DNA of 64,000 bases, taken from assembly GCF_009914755.1 (NCBI RefSeq), contig NC_060931.1; one strand, 5' to 3'. A program made the translations under genes and the position numbers. Positions 18,112 through 31,750 of the stretch are shown here, piece by piece. Source of the stretch: the human T2T-CHM13v2.0 reference genome, Homo sapiens. The notes below the pieces were generated by a model. The model did no database searches and had not been told where the DNA came from. It saw nothing but the letters and a program-made list of their open reading frames with translations. Numbering within the stretch: position 1 is the first letter of the stretch; each line of letters starts with the position of its first letter.

Positions 18112-19985
18112 TCAACAGATGATACTCAATTCCCTGCTGTTTTACTAAAGGTTCTTTACGTTTTATAGAAGCTAAATTTACTGTCATAGAAATTGCAATT
18201 GTAGATGTTACTGTAATCTAGTCAGAATATCCTTATCCTTCTAAAATAAAACTAGTTAAAATTATTAACATACGTACTGATATTAATTTTTAAGTTTAAT
18301 GCTGCCACGTGCTTCTGCTAAGAACATTTATCACTACAAGTGGCAGAAAATTCCAAACTCATCAAAACCAAACTGTTGCTTCTTCCCTGCTTTTTCAGAA
18401 AATGAGAAAGGATGACTTTATTCCAACATATTCTAAAAGTATTCCAAGAACACTACCTTTATTCTAAATTCGTTATTTTCACAAAATAAAGGCTGCAGAT
18501 TGAAAGATAAAGGATTGCTATTAAAGAACAAAAGAAAACAAAACGAGAGAGAAGGAGAGCTAGGGAAATCCCTGCAGAAGAACCGAAATAGGTTCCCTCT
18601 ATTCTGGTCGTGGACCTGAAACTATGAGACAGGCCAAACACAGAATCTTGGCAATTAACACTCGAGTATGACTTAACTGACTTCCTCTTAATGTAATAAT
18701 TGCCTCCAAAATTAGGCTGAAGGTTATTTGTTATGTGACACTGTACCTCCCTTTTAAAGCTAAGAGCTGTGCCTAACTTTTCACTAGGAAGGCAAGCTGT
18801 TTCAGAAATCCTGATAATTTATTTATGTGATTTGGGACAAGGTAATTAAATACAAGAAAAATCTGTTTAATACAAGCACTGGAGGCACAGTGTATAGCAA
18901 AAAGAACATTGCCCTACAGGTCCTAGTTTGGACTCAAAAGCAGCGGGGAGACCCTGGACTAGTCACTTGCCATCTCTCGGTCTCAGATTCTGTTTGTAAA
19001 ATGGGGTTAGACCAGATTATCTCTAGAGAACCTTTAGTTCCCCAAGATTTTCTGATCATATAATCAAACGACTTATTGCCCTGGCCACTGGACAGTATAG
19101 TAATAAGCATAGTACCTAACTTATTACTGTATTTATCCTTACAACAAACCTCACAGAAGAGAAATGGAGCAAGTACAGGTGATAGCTCACAGATTCTATT
19201 GACCTTATTTAAGATACAGGAAAAGTGCAGCACAGAGTACTTACCTGACTTTTTCAAGACCCATAAGTACCAAATAGTATAGCTCAGTATTGTCATATAG
19301 GCATGAAAGTTAAAGTATTTCTAATTATTCTGTGTTTGACAGTCTTTTCAATGTAAGAAACTTTCGTTTGTGAGACTTAAAAGTAACACTCAACATCAAG
19401 ATACGCCAACAGATTCCATTCCCAACTGATCATTGTAATAAAAGGAAACCACCACGGGATATTTAACTCTTATAATTCTATTACCATGTCTTTGAGTGCC
19501 TTAATATTTAGGCAATGAATTCAAACATACTAGATATAAATATAATACAATCAAGACTAAAAATCAACTTTGTGGATCAGCACCAAGCCATTCTCACTAT
19601 ACAGTGAGAAACTTCCCAGAATTATGTGTAGTGATAGACTCACAGCATCTATTTTCAGTCAAGAAAACAGACCTACATTTTGAAATTGCCAAATAACCAT
19701 GCCCTTTCCTACCTATAGTGTATTTTCAAGAATGAATTATCTTTCTCAAAAATGTTATTTAAGTTATAATTCATTTTTATTAATTACTTAGACTTGCTGT
19801 AGATTCTATATGCTAATGATTTAACATGGGGGATGCGGGGAGAGGGATAAAATGTCAACCTTAACTTTTCAAAAGGATATATTGGCTATAATATAACTTT
19901 TCAAAAGGATATATAATGGCTATGAAATAGCCATTATATTCAGATCACAAACAAAAAAGAACTGTAATGATACTCTAATCTCTTA

Positions 19986-20503
<518 letters not shown>

Positions 20504-21175
20504 CTAAAGGTGCATTCTGTGAGTTGCTGAACTGTCACAGACTTAATATCTTTGGCTATTTCACCCATTCTATGGATTAAAAATATAACTAAGAGGTTAA
20601 ATGCTCACCCAGAGTCAACAGCAGAGTCAGAAAAGGAATTTGTACTTTTAATAACTCAAAGTATAAATGTTTATTTATTGTAAAAGCAGATGTGTAATAG
20701 AAAAAATTATTACTTGCACAGCTTTTAAAAATGATATTAACTTAATTTTTTTCTCTCGATTAATTTTGGTACTTTTCAACTTTGAGATGACTCAAAAGCT
20801 TCTTACATCCAAATGAAACGTCTCACTTCGTTCGTAAAGAATGTGGCATCTTTAGGGTTGGTAAGTCAGTAATTTCCACAATTACTAAATGTCTGCCCCC
20901 CAAACAACACACTTTTAATTAACTTTTCTTATCCGTAAATGAGGATAAAAGTCGAGTACCCACTTATATGATGTTTGTGAGGACAAAATGAGTTAAGACA
21001 TACGAACCACTTACAATAATGCTGGCCTAGAATAGGTAATCAATACATTTTAGTTATAATTAAAAATGAGTAATATTTTACAAAGTTCTTAAGTTGTATG
21101 ACTAAATTAAAGTGTGCTATCAGTTGCTGGTAACTTAATACAAGATAACTAGTAAACTCGTTTAAAGTATCTTGG

Positions 21176-21522
<347 letters not shown>

Positions 21523-21979
21523 CTAGCTAGGTTTTCAGTAGTATAAGACTATCTGAACTGCCTAATCTTAAAAGAGTCAAGATTATAGAAAAGAGTTATT
21601 GGCCTAAAATTCACCTTACTGTTTTCAATTCTGAAATTGTTTAATTCAAAAGGTTAGAGATAAACTTTTCCAACATGTATAATGTGTTTGGGAACTGTTT
21701 TCCCCCTAGAAATGGCCTTTCAAATAAGAAAGCACAGAAATTGGGGGATTTTTGTTTTAATATGCATTTGCAACTAAGTCCAGAGACACAGGTAGTTTTT
21801 AAAAATAGGTCTTCAAGGTAAAACTGGCTAATATAAAAATATTCTGATTGCTACCATAATTCAAAAGGAGTTTCCAGTTCATTAACAACTCCTTTACTTT
21901 GAATTAATGACTAAAGTATAACAAACAAGATTAGCCTCCAAAAATTAATGACTTTTCTAAACTTATTTCAAAACTTTTA

Positions 21980-22285
<306 letters not shown>

Positions 22286-22422
22286 TTATTTCAGAAAACT
22301 TTTCTCATACTTAGAACATCAAACACACACCAAATTATATGATTTAATGCATCCAAATTAACAGATTTGTTAAAAATTCTAAAAGAACTCCTAAAGGAGT
22401 TAAGAGTAATAAGCAGTGTTTA

Positions 22423-22602
<180 letters not shown>

Positions 22603-25059
22603 CTATGTAAAGAAATACACTTCTGTTAGAAAACACCGATGAGTAGACTATAAATCACAACAGAAAAGGCTTGAAGTTATTTCAAAACCAGAGAAACTAT
22701 ATTTCTTGTTTGCTATTAACCAGTTTCTTTTCCTGGCTATACCAAATAAAAAATAAGTATCTAAGATATTTTCAGAGTTCAGTATCTTAAAACCACAGGA
22801 GAGCGTTAAATTTTACATACAAGCACACTAAATCTACTACAAGGCCTCTAGGTTGGAAAAGTATTTCATTTGGTTTTGGGGAACAGTCCTTCATCCAGGC
22901 GAAGAGAGAGAGAAGCAGCTGCCTAATGGGCACACACAACAGAAAGGAATGAACTGAAAGACAGCAGAATTTGGTACTGCTAATATCTCAATGTGGTATG
23001 TTCCAAAAGTCAATGACTTAACATGACTACTTTACTTGTACAATGAGGTACTGAGGATGATCACTTTTAGCCTTCACAGTGACACTATGAAAACCTGGAT
23101 GACAGCAACGGCGGTGGCAGCAAAGTAAAGCAGCAAAGTAAAAAAAAATCCTGTTTTGTAATCTCCCTTTGTCAAATCACCCACCTAACTGGAAAATAAA
23201 TTCTTAAACATCAAATCCTTATGAGTTTAAAATACGAAGAGGTCTTCCTTAGCACAAATTTCTTTTCCATGAACTTGGGTAAGAGCCACCATGTAAAAAA
23301 TTTATCTGCTTTTAAGAAAGAAAAAGTAAAAAGTGAGTGTTCATTATACTTTTAATATGGTTAAAACATGGAAATAAATTCAAACATTTTACCAATAAAA
23401 AATAAAGTGGAAGAATAATGTGTATCTGCCCAATTTCAAGAGTAGGAATAACAGTGCCTTGAGGTTTAAGATACAGGGTGAATCATGGCAATGGCGGAAT
23501 AAATCTTTGCAGACCATTTTTCATGAGTGATCACTGTGAACATAAATCATTTTTCCTGTTTAGCTTTGATCTCAAGTTCAGGAAAGCCAATGCTGTCTTT
23601 GGGTACACAGTCTCAATCTCAGTAAAACTTGGCTCTATCCTCAAGAATCTTCATAGCTTAGTACAAGAATCCTAAGATGAATATATTTCCATTGATGATT
23701 CTGAATGAATGTGCTGTTTCCTTGCCAATGGTAGCATACTTGCAACTCTATAAAAATAGCCCCTAATGCAGCACACAGACAACCTTGGAGGTAAATCTTT
23801 ATAGTAACAAGTGATCTGAGAGTTTAAGTCAAGCAGGAGACTTGGAGCTGTTTTCCTTAAGTACAACAGATAGTGATATACTAAAAGGTACAGGGAAGAC
23901 TCATCAAAAGCTAGAAGTATATGTCAGGGCTTATTAAGGTTAGAATCCAGGGACTGATCCCACTTTAATAAAATTTAAGAAGTAGCTAAGCAAGATAGCT
24001 AATACAGAATCTGCAGCAATGAAATTTATGTCAATTCACTAAAATGCAAAAACAAATATATTTATGAATGAGTCTGTAGTAATAAATATGACCACTACCT
24101 CAACTACTTATGAAACTGAAGAAAAAGACACCTCTACCTAAAAACACACCCAAGATGTATGTAAAAATGAAAATGTCCAGTTTACAATGTAAATAACTCC
24201 AACTTCTTTAGTGGGACTAAGTAGTGAGATAGAAGAAAAGCACACACGATGAAGTAAAACTTGAAAAATGGTGTGGATCTTATAGCACAAGTTTGTAAGT
24301 CTGATTCATAGTTTTATTTCTCCACAGTTTGACCCTTACTGTTCAGGTACTTAATGATGCATTCTTTATCAGATTTAAAATTACTAGAAGGCAAGTTATT
24401 TTCTTTTTCTGAGAAGACGAAGAGTCAAAAGCAAAATGGAAATGTCTCTAAGCTATTTAACTCTGTATCTTGGTCTAAAAGTATACTGAAAATGTTCTTT
24501 GTACAAATACAGCTCCAGTTCTGGACAATAATTAAATATTTATAATTTTAAAGCTTCAGCTATGTTCTCTAATTATAGTACTTTAAAAACCTACCTTTAC
24601 TTAGAATGCCTTCTCTGAAAACAAATACCATTTAAAATACAAAAATGTCTGAACTGCTTAATTAGAAACGAAGTATGAACTCTAAAAATCTTTGGAGAAC
24701 CTTAAGAGTATCGTTTTAGAATATAGCTAACGCATCTAAGTTATCTAGGCAAACTCGCAGGTAATTAGCCAAGAAACACCATTTATTAACTATCTACTAA
24801 CACCCAACAAGTTTACAGAAGAATACAGAGCATGTTTAGGTCTACTTATAGGGGTATATGTACATGTTGTTTAATGGGAAAATGTTTTTAAAGCAGAGCT
24901 TTTTAAGAAAGTATTTCTAACAATGTAGTCAAAAGGATTTATAATGATTCTAGTTTTGCTAGCTTACTGTCCTCTTCATTTTACTTTCTACTAAACAGGC
25001 CATTTTGAACCTTCACCAGAAAATTGGATGATATAGCATAAATTCAAATCAACTGTTAT

Positions 25060-25820
25060 TTTATAAATACTTCATTCACAAATACATACTCTGTACCTAC
25101 TTCAGACACTGAGGATGAGAAAGTAAATAGAATGACATGGTCTCTATTTTCAAAGGACTAATAAGGGCTGAAGAAGGAAGAAAAAAAATATATTAATTTC
25201 AGATCAAGATAGATGCTATGAAAATGTAAGAGAATGATGGGCTAGAGGGGGCCAGGAAGACTTCTTTGAGAAGGTGACATGTGAGCAAGACCTAAATGAC
25301 AAGGAGACAGGAAATGCTTTGGCATAAGGGACAGAACAGAAGGCAGGCCAATGTGGTAGGTACTTAAAAGTATGGGGGCGGGGTGGGGACAGTAAGAACA
25401 CGATAAGGTCAGAGGTAGGCAGAAATGAGATCATGTAAGGCTTACAGACTACCCCAAGGAGCCTGGATTTTATACCAAGTGCAATGGGAAGCCATTATGT
25501 TTTAAGCTGGGGTGAATATGACATGATTCACCTTTTAAAAGGATTAGCCTAGTGGTGGATAAGAATGGATTATAGGGTGACCAAAGAGTGCAGGAGTTAG
25601 GGGCTATTAGGTTAGATGGGAGAATTTGCCCAGTGTTTTTGGAGGTAAAGGGGAACTACGCCGATAAATTGGATGTGGAAGATGATAATGAGGGAGAAGA
25701 ATTAATACCTCCCACATTTTTGGTTGAGCAACTGCATTAATAAGAGTGCCATTTATAGAGATGGGGAAGGCTATCAAATGGTAGGGAAATGAAGTGCTCA
25801 ATTTTAAATGTTAAGTAACG
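25060..25820 (-). mobile_element. L2 3' fragment
   Basis: ttcattcacaaatac... reverse tail followed by a purine-rich L2 body. Confidence 0.65.
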
Positions 25821-26082
25821 CTAACAAAAAGTTTCATAGTATTCTAAAGTTAACACAGAAAGCTCTTAAATCATGTTAACTTTTTTAGCACTGACTTGAC
25901 TTCTATTACTAAAGAAAATGGTTCTACAATAAATACAAAATTATTCCGTAGATGTAAACCAAACAAAATACCTAATAAGATCCCAGCAAACCTTCCCAGT
26001 GAAAATGCTTCCTAAACTGGCATGGCCCTCCTGCTGTTAAAAGAACACCATCTGAACATCAATACATATGTGGTAAAGAACT

Positions 26083-26420
<338 letters not shown>

Positions 26421-29400
26421 TCAGTTGTGTGATTAATTTACTTCATGAAAGGATAAACTTCTAAAAATTATTACATACTAGATAACAGTAACTGGTATTA
26501 TTTTAATGCCTAGAACAAAAACGGTCTAGCCCTAAGTCAAATGATGGACAGCTGTTTCCATTAAGGAGTGCTGGCCAACCAACTGTAACAAAAAATTAGA
26601 TTCCCAAGGCTAAATATCCTTGTTCCAAGTATGACAGTTTTTTTAAAAAAGTATGAGATATGACACATATATTTCAGTTGAACAGAATCCTTTTGGGAAA
26701 AGAAAGCCTAGTTTTCTCTAGATGCTTCTCTAGATGTCCCATAGGGCTGATTTGATGTCTTAGGGTTGATTTGAAGATCTTTCCTCCCACAATGGGATCA
26801 CATGACCAAATGCAAGTACTACTATCTTACTTTTTCAGTTATACTTTTTAACTGCTAAAAAATCACAAGTCAACATTTAAAAAATAAGCTGTATATGTAA
26901 GATCACATGGGATAACATACCCAAGGTCACAGGGCAAGTTATGTTAGCTATATAATATCTAAGGGCAATCAGAAGAGGATACACTCTGCCCAACACTGGC
27001 TAAGACTTTCTGCTGCTTCAAAGCTAATGTGCTAGAAACAGCAAAAACCATAACCGATTCTTCTTTTCAGTATTATTTAAGATTTCTTAAACCCTGGAAA
27101 TCTGTCTGTTGCCCCCAAAAATAATTCACTGCTATTTGGCTTTGAAGCAATACTCACTCATAAACATGACTTAAGGATTTTGGGTTATTTGGGGAAGGAG
27201 AGAAATTGCAAAATCACCTATAATCATATTGCCTCTTCCCTTAAAACCTCTTGCATGGAGTTTCTAATGACTTGTATCTCTTTTGCCACACCTTTAAACC
27301 AGATTTCATTAACTCACAACGAGAACACCAGCTCAATTATTAATGACCTAAATTAATCTCCCTATGAAGTATATTCATGATTTATATATTTTATTTATGG
27401 TGCTCAAGTTTTTCCTATATAACAAAACATAATGGAAAAATTGAAATATATGTACAATGTCACATATATCTTTATGAATGCATAGGCAGTCTCTGGGGTA
27501 CAAGCTGCAACAGTACCCCACTCATGAGGCTCAGGTTGACTCAGGAGCCACCGTGACAATACCGAAGCATCCGCTCAGAAGCAGTGAAAGACAAGCAACA
27601 AAAATTTGTTACTTGGCCATTAGAGGAAGCAAAATTTTCTTTTTTTTTGAAAAAAAGCTGCCTTGAATTCCTAATCACCATATATAAATTTCACAGCTCT
27701 TTGAAACTTCTATAAAATCAACTTCTGTCCCTCCTGGATTTCAAAATACTACTTATCTTTGTCTTCTTTTATAATACCCAATAGGTCACCAACATTTATT
27801 AAATGAATGGTTAAAAATATGCTGAATTCTAGATAACCAGCTTACAGATGACCCTTTGAGAAGCAACCTACACCGGACAGCACATTTCATAACTAATGGA
27901 TAATGCGGTTTAAACGGTGTCCTTACTTCTAACAAGAACCACGATGAAAATAGAGGAACCACAGTCGTCAGTGTCCTTAATTCCTTACTATATACAATAA
28001 AGTATGAGTTTACAGAAGTGAATGTATATACTTCAAATGCTCCTTTGGTCCAAATAGTTCTGGACTCTCTTGACAGGATACAAGACAAAACAAAACTCCC
28101 ATTGTCATGTGCTTGCTACCATACCATCTACTTGCAAAATAACTTTCGTAGTGCTTAGGCAATCAATTATTCTTTCTTCAGTTTTAGAAAGAAGAAATCA
28201 ACAATATTTTGCTCTCTTCATCAACACATCTGAAACTACTAGAGTTCCCAACTTTGGCCAATAGTTTGTAAGCACTGATAAGGATATGTAACATTCTCGT
28301 GTAATTTCTAAATAAGTTTCATTACTTCTAACCTCAAGATTATCATTTTTGTCCTTTTTCCTAAGATAAAAAGACAAAAATGTAAAATAGGTTATAAGGA
28401 CCCCTAAAAACATAAGGGAAATGAAACCTAAGACTTAAATGTGACTGTGGAATACACAATCTATTTTAGCATACTGCGGTAAGCCACTGGTATAAAACAT
28501 ATCGACTTGATTGAACCCTCTAGAGGTGACTTTTGGGGAAAAAATGAAAAATCTAAGATGAAAATATTCTGAAGTTTCATATTATAAAGGATATAAAACA
28601 CACCAGTCTGACTTGAAAGTTGACAGAAGTAAAATTTATTAAATAGGTGCAAATTCTAATAGTGCAATTAAGTATGGCTCACTAGATTAGAAACCTTTAA
28701 GATAATTCACTATTCTAACTAAAAGCACCCCAGAAAACTGATGTTAAAGTAATTTTACATTCCTTATGTATAATGGTTAGAGGAACTGCAAACTAAAGGA
28801 AGTTGCATTCTTCTGTTTTTAAAATTTAGACTATTCAACCTCCCTTTACATTTGGCTAACATGTAAAAAAAAAATCTGACAGTTATTTTAGATTTAGTTA
28901 AGAAAAAAATTCTACAAAACTATCAATGAGGCTATTCTAAAATCACTATTTAAAATTTTGAAAACACTATGATTGAACCAAGAGAACACAAGAGGAGGTT
29001 TTAGGACCAAGTAAAGGACCATACTTGAGGTATTATCACGTATACTTGACAATATTCAAGAATCATACTTGATAGTGTTCGGATTTTGCAATACTTTAAA
29101 CTTGCATCTAAAAGACAACTTGTTGATGGATCTTGGCTCGATTTCAAGAACCTATCTAAATATCATAAACAGCATTTTAAGCTGATTGGAAAAAAACAGA
29201 CAAAACTTAAGTAAAATGGAATTCTCTAAAATACTTTCTCGGAATATCGGAGGAGGGCTAAAAACAAAGGAAAAAAAAAGAATCAAAACAAAAACATGAG
29301 AGTACTATGTTTTACCACTGTATTCCAAACCACTATGCTGCTCAAGTAAAATTTACTTTACCTCTTCCCTTCACTACTGCGTGCTTCATATCAACTGAAT

Positions 29401-30142
29401 GTGGCAGCTACCCACACAAGTGTTCAATGGGCATGTGAACGCAACGCTGTGCCATTTCCCTCTCCACATGTTCTCTAGGGTTAAAACTACAGTTCCTTTA
29501 AATCCTCGTGTTTCATTTTCCTTTTCACAGAAATCCTGTAATGACCCTAAAGCAGATAAGAGCAGAGCGGCCTCTACACCCAGGGATAAGGAGCACGAGC
29601 AATCACTAGGTGCCAAGGAGTTTGAAACGGAGCCCGGCGGAGTGGGACAGGGGAATCCACTACGGCTACCGGGGCCAGGCGAGTGTCCTCCGCGCCGGAG
29701 CCGCAGAGGACCGCGGCTGCTCCGGCGCCCGCGCCAGGACTTCTCCCACCTCGCGCCCCGGGAGACTTACCTGCCCAGCCAGGGGCGAGCGCGCCGGGCT
29801 GGCCCGGCGGGGAAAGCCCCGCTCACTCTCCACTGCGGGTCCCCGGGGCCGTTACCTAACTGGTCCCAGCTCCAGGCCAAGAGGCCGCGCTTCAGGGAAG
29901 GGCATGCGCTCGCCGGCGACGCCCAAGCCCCGAGCCCCGAGCCCCGAGCACCGGCGCCCGGGAGTCCGCTGGGGCCCGCCTCAGCCCCCCGCCGCGCCGC
30001 CGCCGCCGCGCGCCCCCAGGCCCCGCCTCCACCGCCCAGCCCTCCATCCTCCTCAAGCCACCTCCTGCCCACTGCGGCGCCTCCTCACCTGCCCCAGCCG
30101 CCGCCGCCCGCGCCTCCCCCGGGCCTCCCCGCGCCGCGACCC

Positions 30143-30190
30143 TAGCCCCAGCCCCAGCCCCAACCCCAGCCCCAGCCGCCCCCGCCCCCC
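30143..30190 (-). repeat. (GGGGCT)n G-rich tandem repeat in intron 1
   Basis: Plus strand reads agcccc x5 (one aacccc) followed by C-runs. Confidence 0.9.
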
Positions 30191-30252
30191 TGCCGCGCGC
30201 TCGTCCCCAGCGCGCCCCGCTCCTCCTCATCTGCCCGGGCCCCGAGCTTTAC

Positions 30253-30309
30253 CTTGTAGGAGTCGGTGGCCAGGAGGATGTTGAACTCGGCTTCTGCCGC
30301 AGGATTCAT
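30253..30309 (-). CDS. NAMPT: NAMPT coding exon 1 (MNPAAEAEFNILLATDSYK)
   Basis: ATG at 30309-30307 in context CCCGAGATGA; 57 nt; donor AAG|GTAAAG; translation is the NAMPT N-terminus. Confidence 0.99.
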
Positions 30310-30399
30310 CTCGGGCCGGAGGACAGGGGCCGCGCGCCGCGAGCTCCCTGGCGCGGCTGCGAGGAAGGAGAAAAATGAGCTTCACCGCGCTCCGTTGCT

Positions 30400-31750
30400 T
30401 AAGTCACTGCTCGGTCGGCGGAGGAGGGGGAGAGGGGGAAACGGAGAGAGGGGAGGGGTCAGAGGAGGGCGGGCCCGGGAGCCGTGACGCGGCGCGGGTG
30501 ACGGCTGCGGCGGCTCGCGTGCTCGCAGTCTGGGAGCTCTGGCGGACTCCCCACCTCGGTTCCCCCGCCTTCACCCCGTCACCCTCCGGGGGCCGAGAAA
30601 GGGCGGGGCGCGGCAGCGCGTGCGCAGTGCGCCGGAGGCGGGGCGGGGAGGAGGACGTGATGCACGCGCTCTTCCTCCCAGACGCCAGCTCTGGGAAGCT
30701 GGAGGCAGCGGGGCAGCCCCGGCGCGTGACCCGGGCGCTTACCTAAGTTCGAGTTCCCGGCACGGGCGCGGGAGGGCGGGGCCTGGAGGGGGCGTTCCCA
30801 GCTTTGCCAGTGCCACGAGGAGCCGGTTCGCCCGCCCCGCCTGGGACCTTCCGTCCTACCCAGTCCTGGCCGGTTTTCTGGGTCCTCCTGAAGTCACGCC
30901 ACCCGGCTAGGGGGCGAGGAGCCTCCTACTGCCCATCTTCCCGTCCACCACGCGCAGTTACTCACCTTTGTCTCCGGCCTGGATTAAGGATCCAGCCTTT
31001 CGCCTCCATCCCTCTTGTCCCTCCTGATCCTCCTGACCCTGTCTTTAAGATCCCAGGAGCTGCGGTGAGGAGTGAGGCTGAGGGGCCCCTTTCATCTGAT
31101 GCAGCGACTCCGCTTTCCTCCGGCGGCTCTGTCTATGGCTGAGCTCTTTGATCCTTTGAGAGATGGTTTGACTTTTCCCGAGCAAAGAGCCTGCGTTGAA
31201 AAGCGGGGGTGGAATTCAGTCCTCACAGATAATGAGGGGACAAGACCTAATTGAACAGAGTATTGCCGGGAAGGAAAAGGCAACGGGCCAAGCCTTTGAC
31301 AGGGTGCGACACTGACTTTTATCATCGTTATAGTCTTTAAATCCTGGGAAACGAGTTGGCAACCCCAAAATAAAGAAGTGTAATGACGTCTGATGACTTC
31401 ACCCAAATACAGACCATTCCAAGAAAGACTTGCGCAGTTCTCATGCGTGGTTGCGTTTTTGCATAAAACTAAGATTCCCTTTGTCCGCATGTTTAATAGC
31501 TTAAAAATAAATTGAGGTTTTTATCGGATAAAAGTAGCCAGGAAAAAGTGATACAGTGAAAACGATTACAGGATATTTATAGACTTGTCTTTCAAGTTAT
31601 TAGAAGTCTCATTCTATCTGGGGGCAGTGATGGTGGTGGTGGTAGTGGAACTTGTGAATTGAGATTCATAGTGGAACTTGTGAATTGAGATTCATCTCGA
31701 AACTGGAGGCATGGCTGAGACTTCTAATAAAGACAACCTCAGTCAACACT
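30400..31750 (+). ncRNA. Probable promoter-associated antisense lncRNA region (NAMPT-AS-like); boundaries not determinable
   Basis: Bidirectional CpG promoter with plus-strand AATAAA at 31369, 31506 and 31726. A NAMPT antisense RNA is described in the literature; placing it here is inference. Confidence 0.4.

Larger units (their letters stand above)
29590..31130. promoter_or_regulatory. NAMPT: CpG island / TATA-less NAMPT promoter and 5'UTR
   Basis: Abrupt GC/CpG enrichment. GC boxes at ~30601, ~30637 and ~30775; NRF1-like GCGCGTGCGCA at 30616-30626; HRE core ACGTG at 30655-30659; non-canonical CACGCG E-boxes at 30516, 30617, 30663, 30723 and 30949. Confidence 0.95.

Noticed and set aside
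29399-31142. Long Pro/Arg/Ala-rich ORFs (248, 224, 123 aa and others) over the CpG island
   Set aside because: Expected from stop-codon scarcity in GC-rich DNA; low complexity, overlapping on both strands, no recognisable domain.
31092-31490. 132-aa minus-strand ORF upstream of NAMPT
   Set aside because: No recognisable homology or coding bias; at most a uORF in distal-promoter transcripts.
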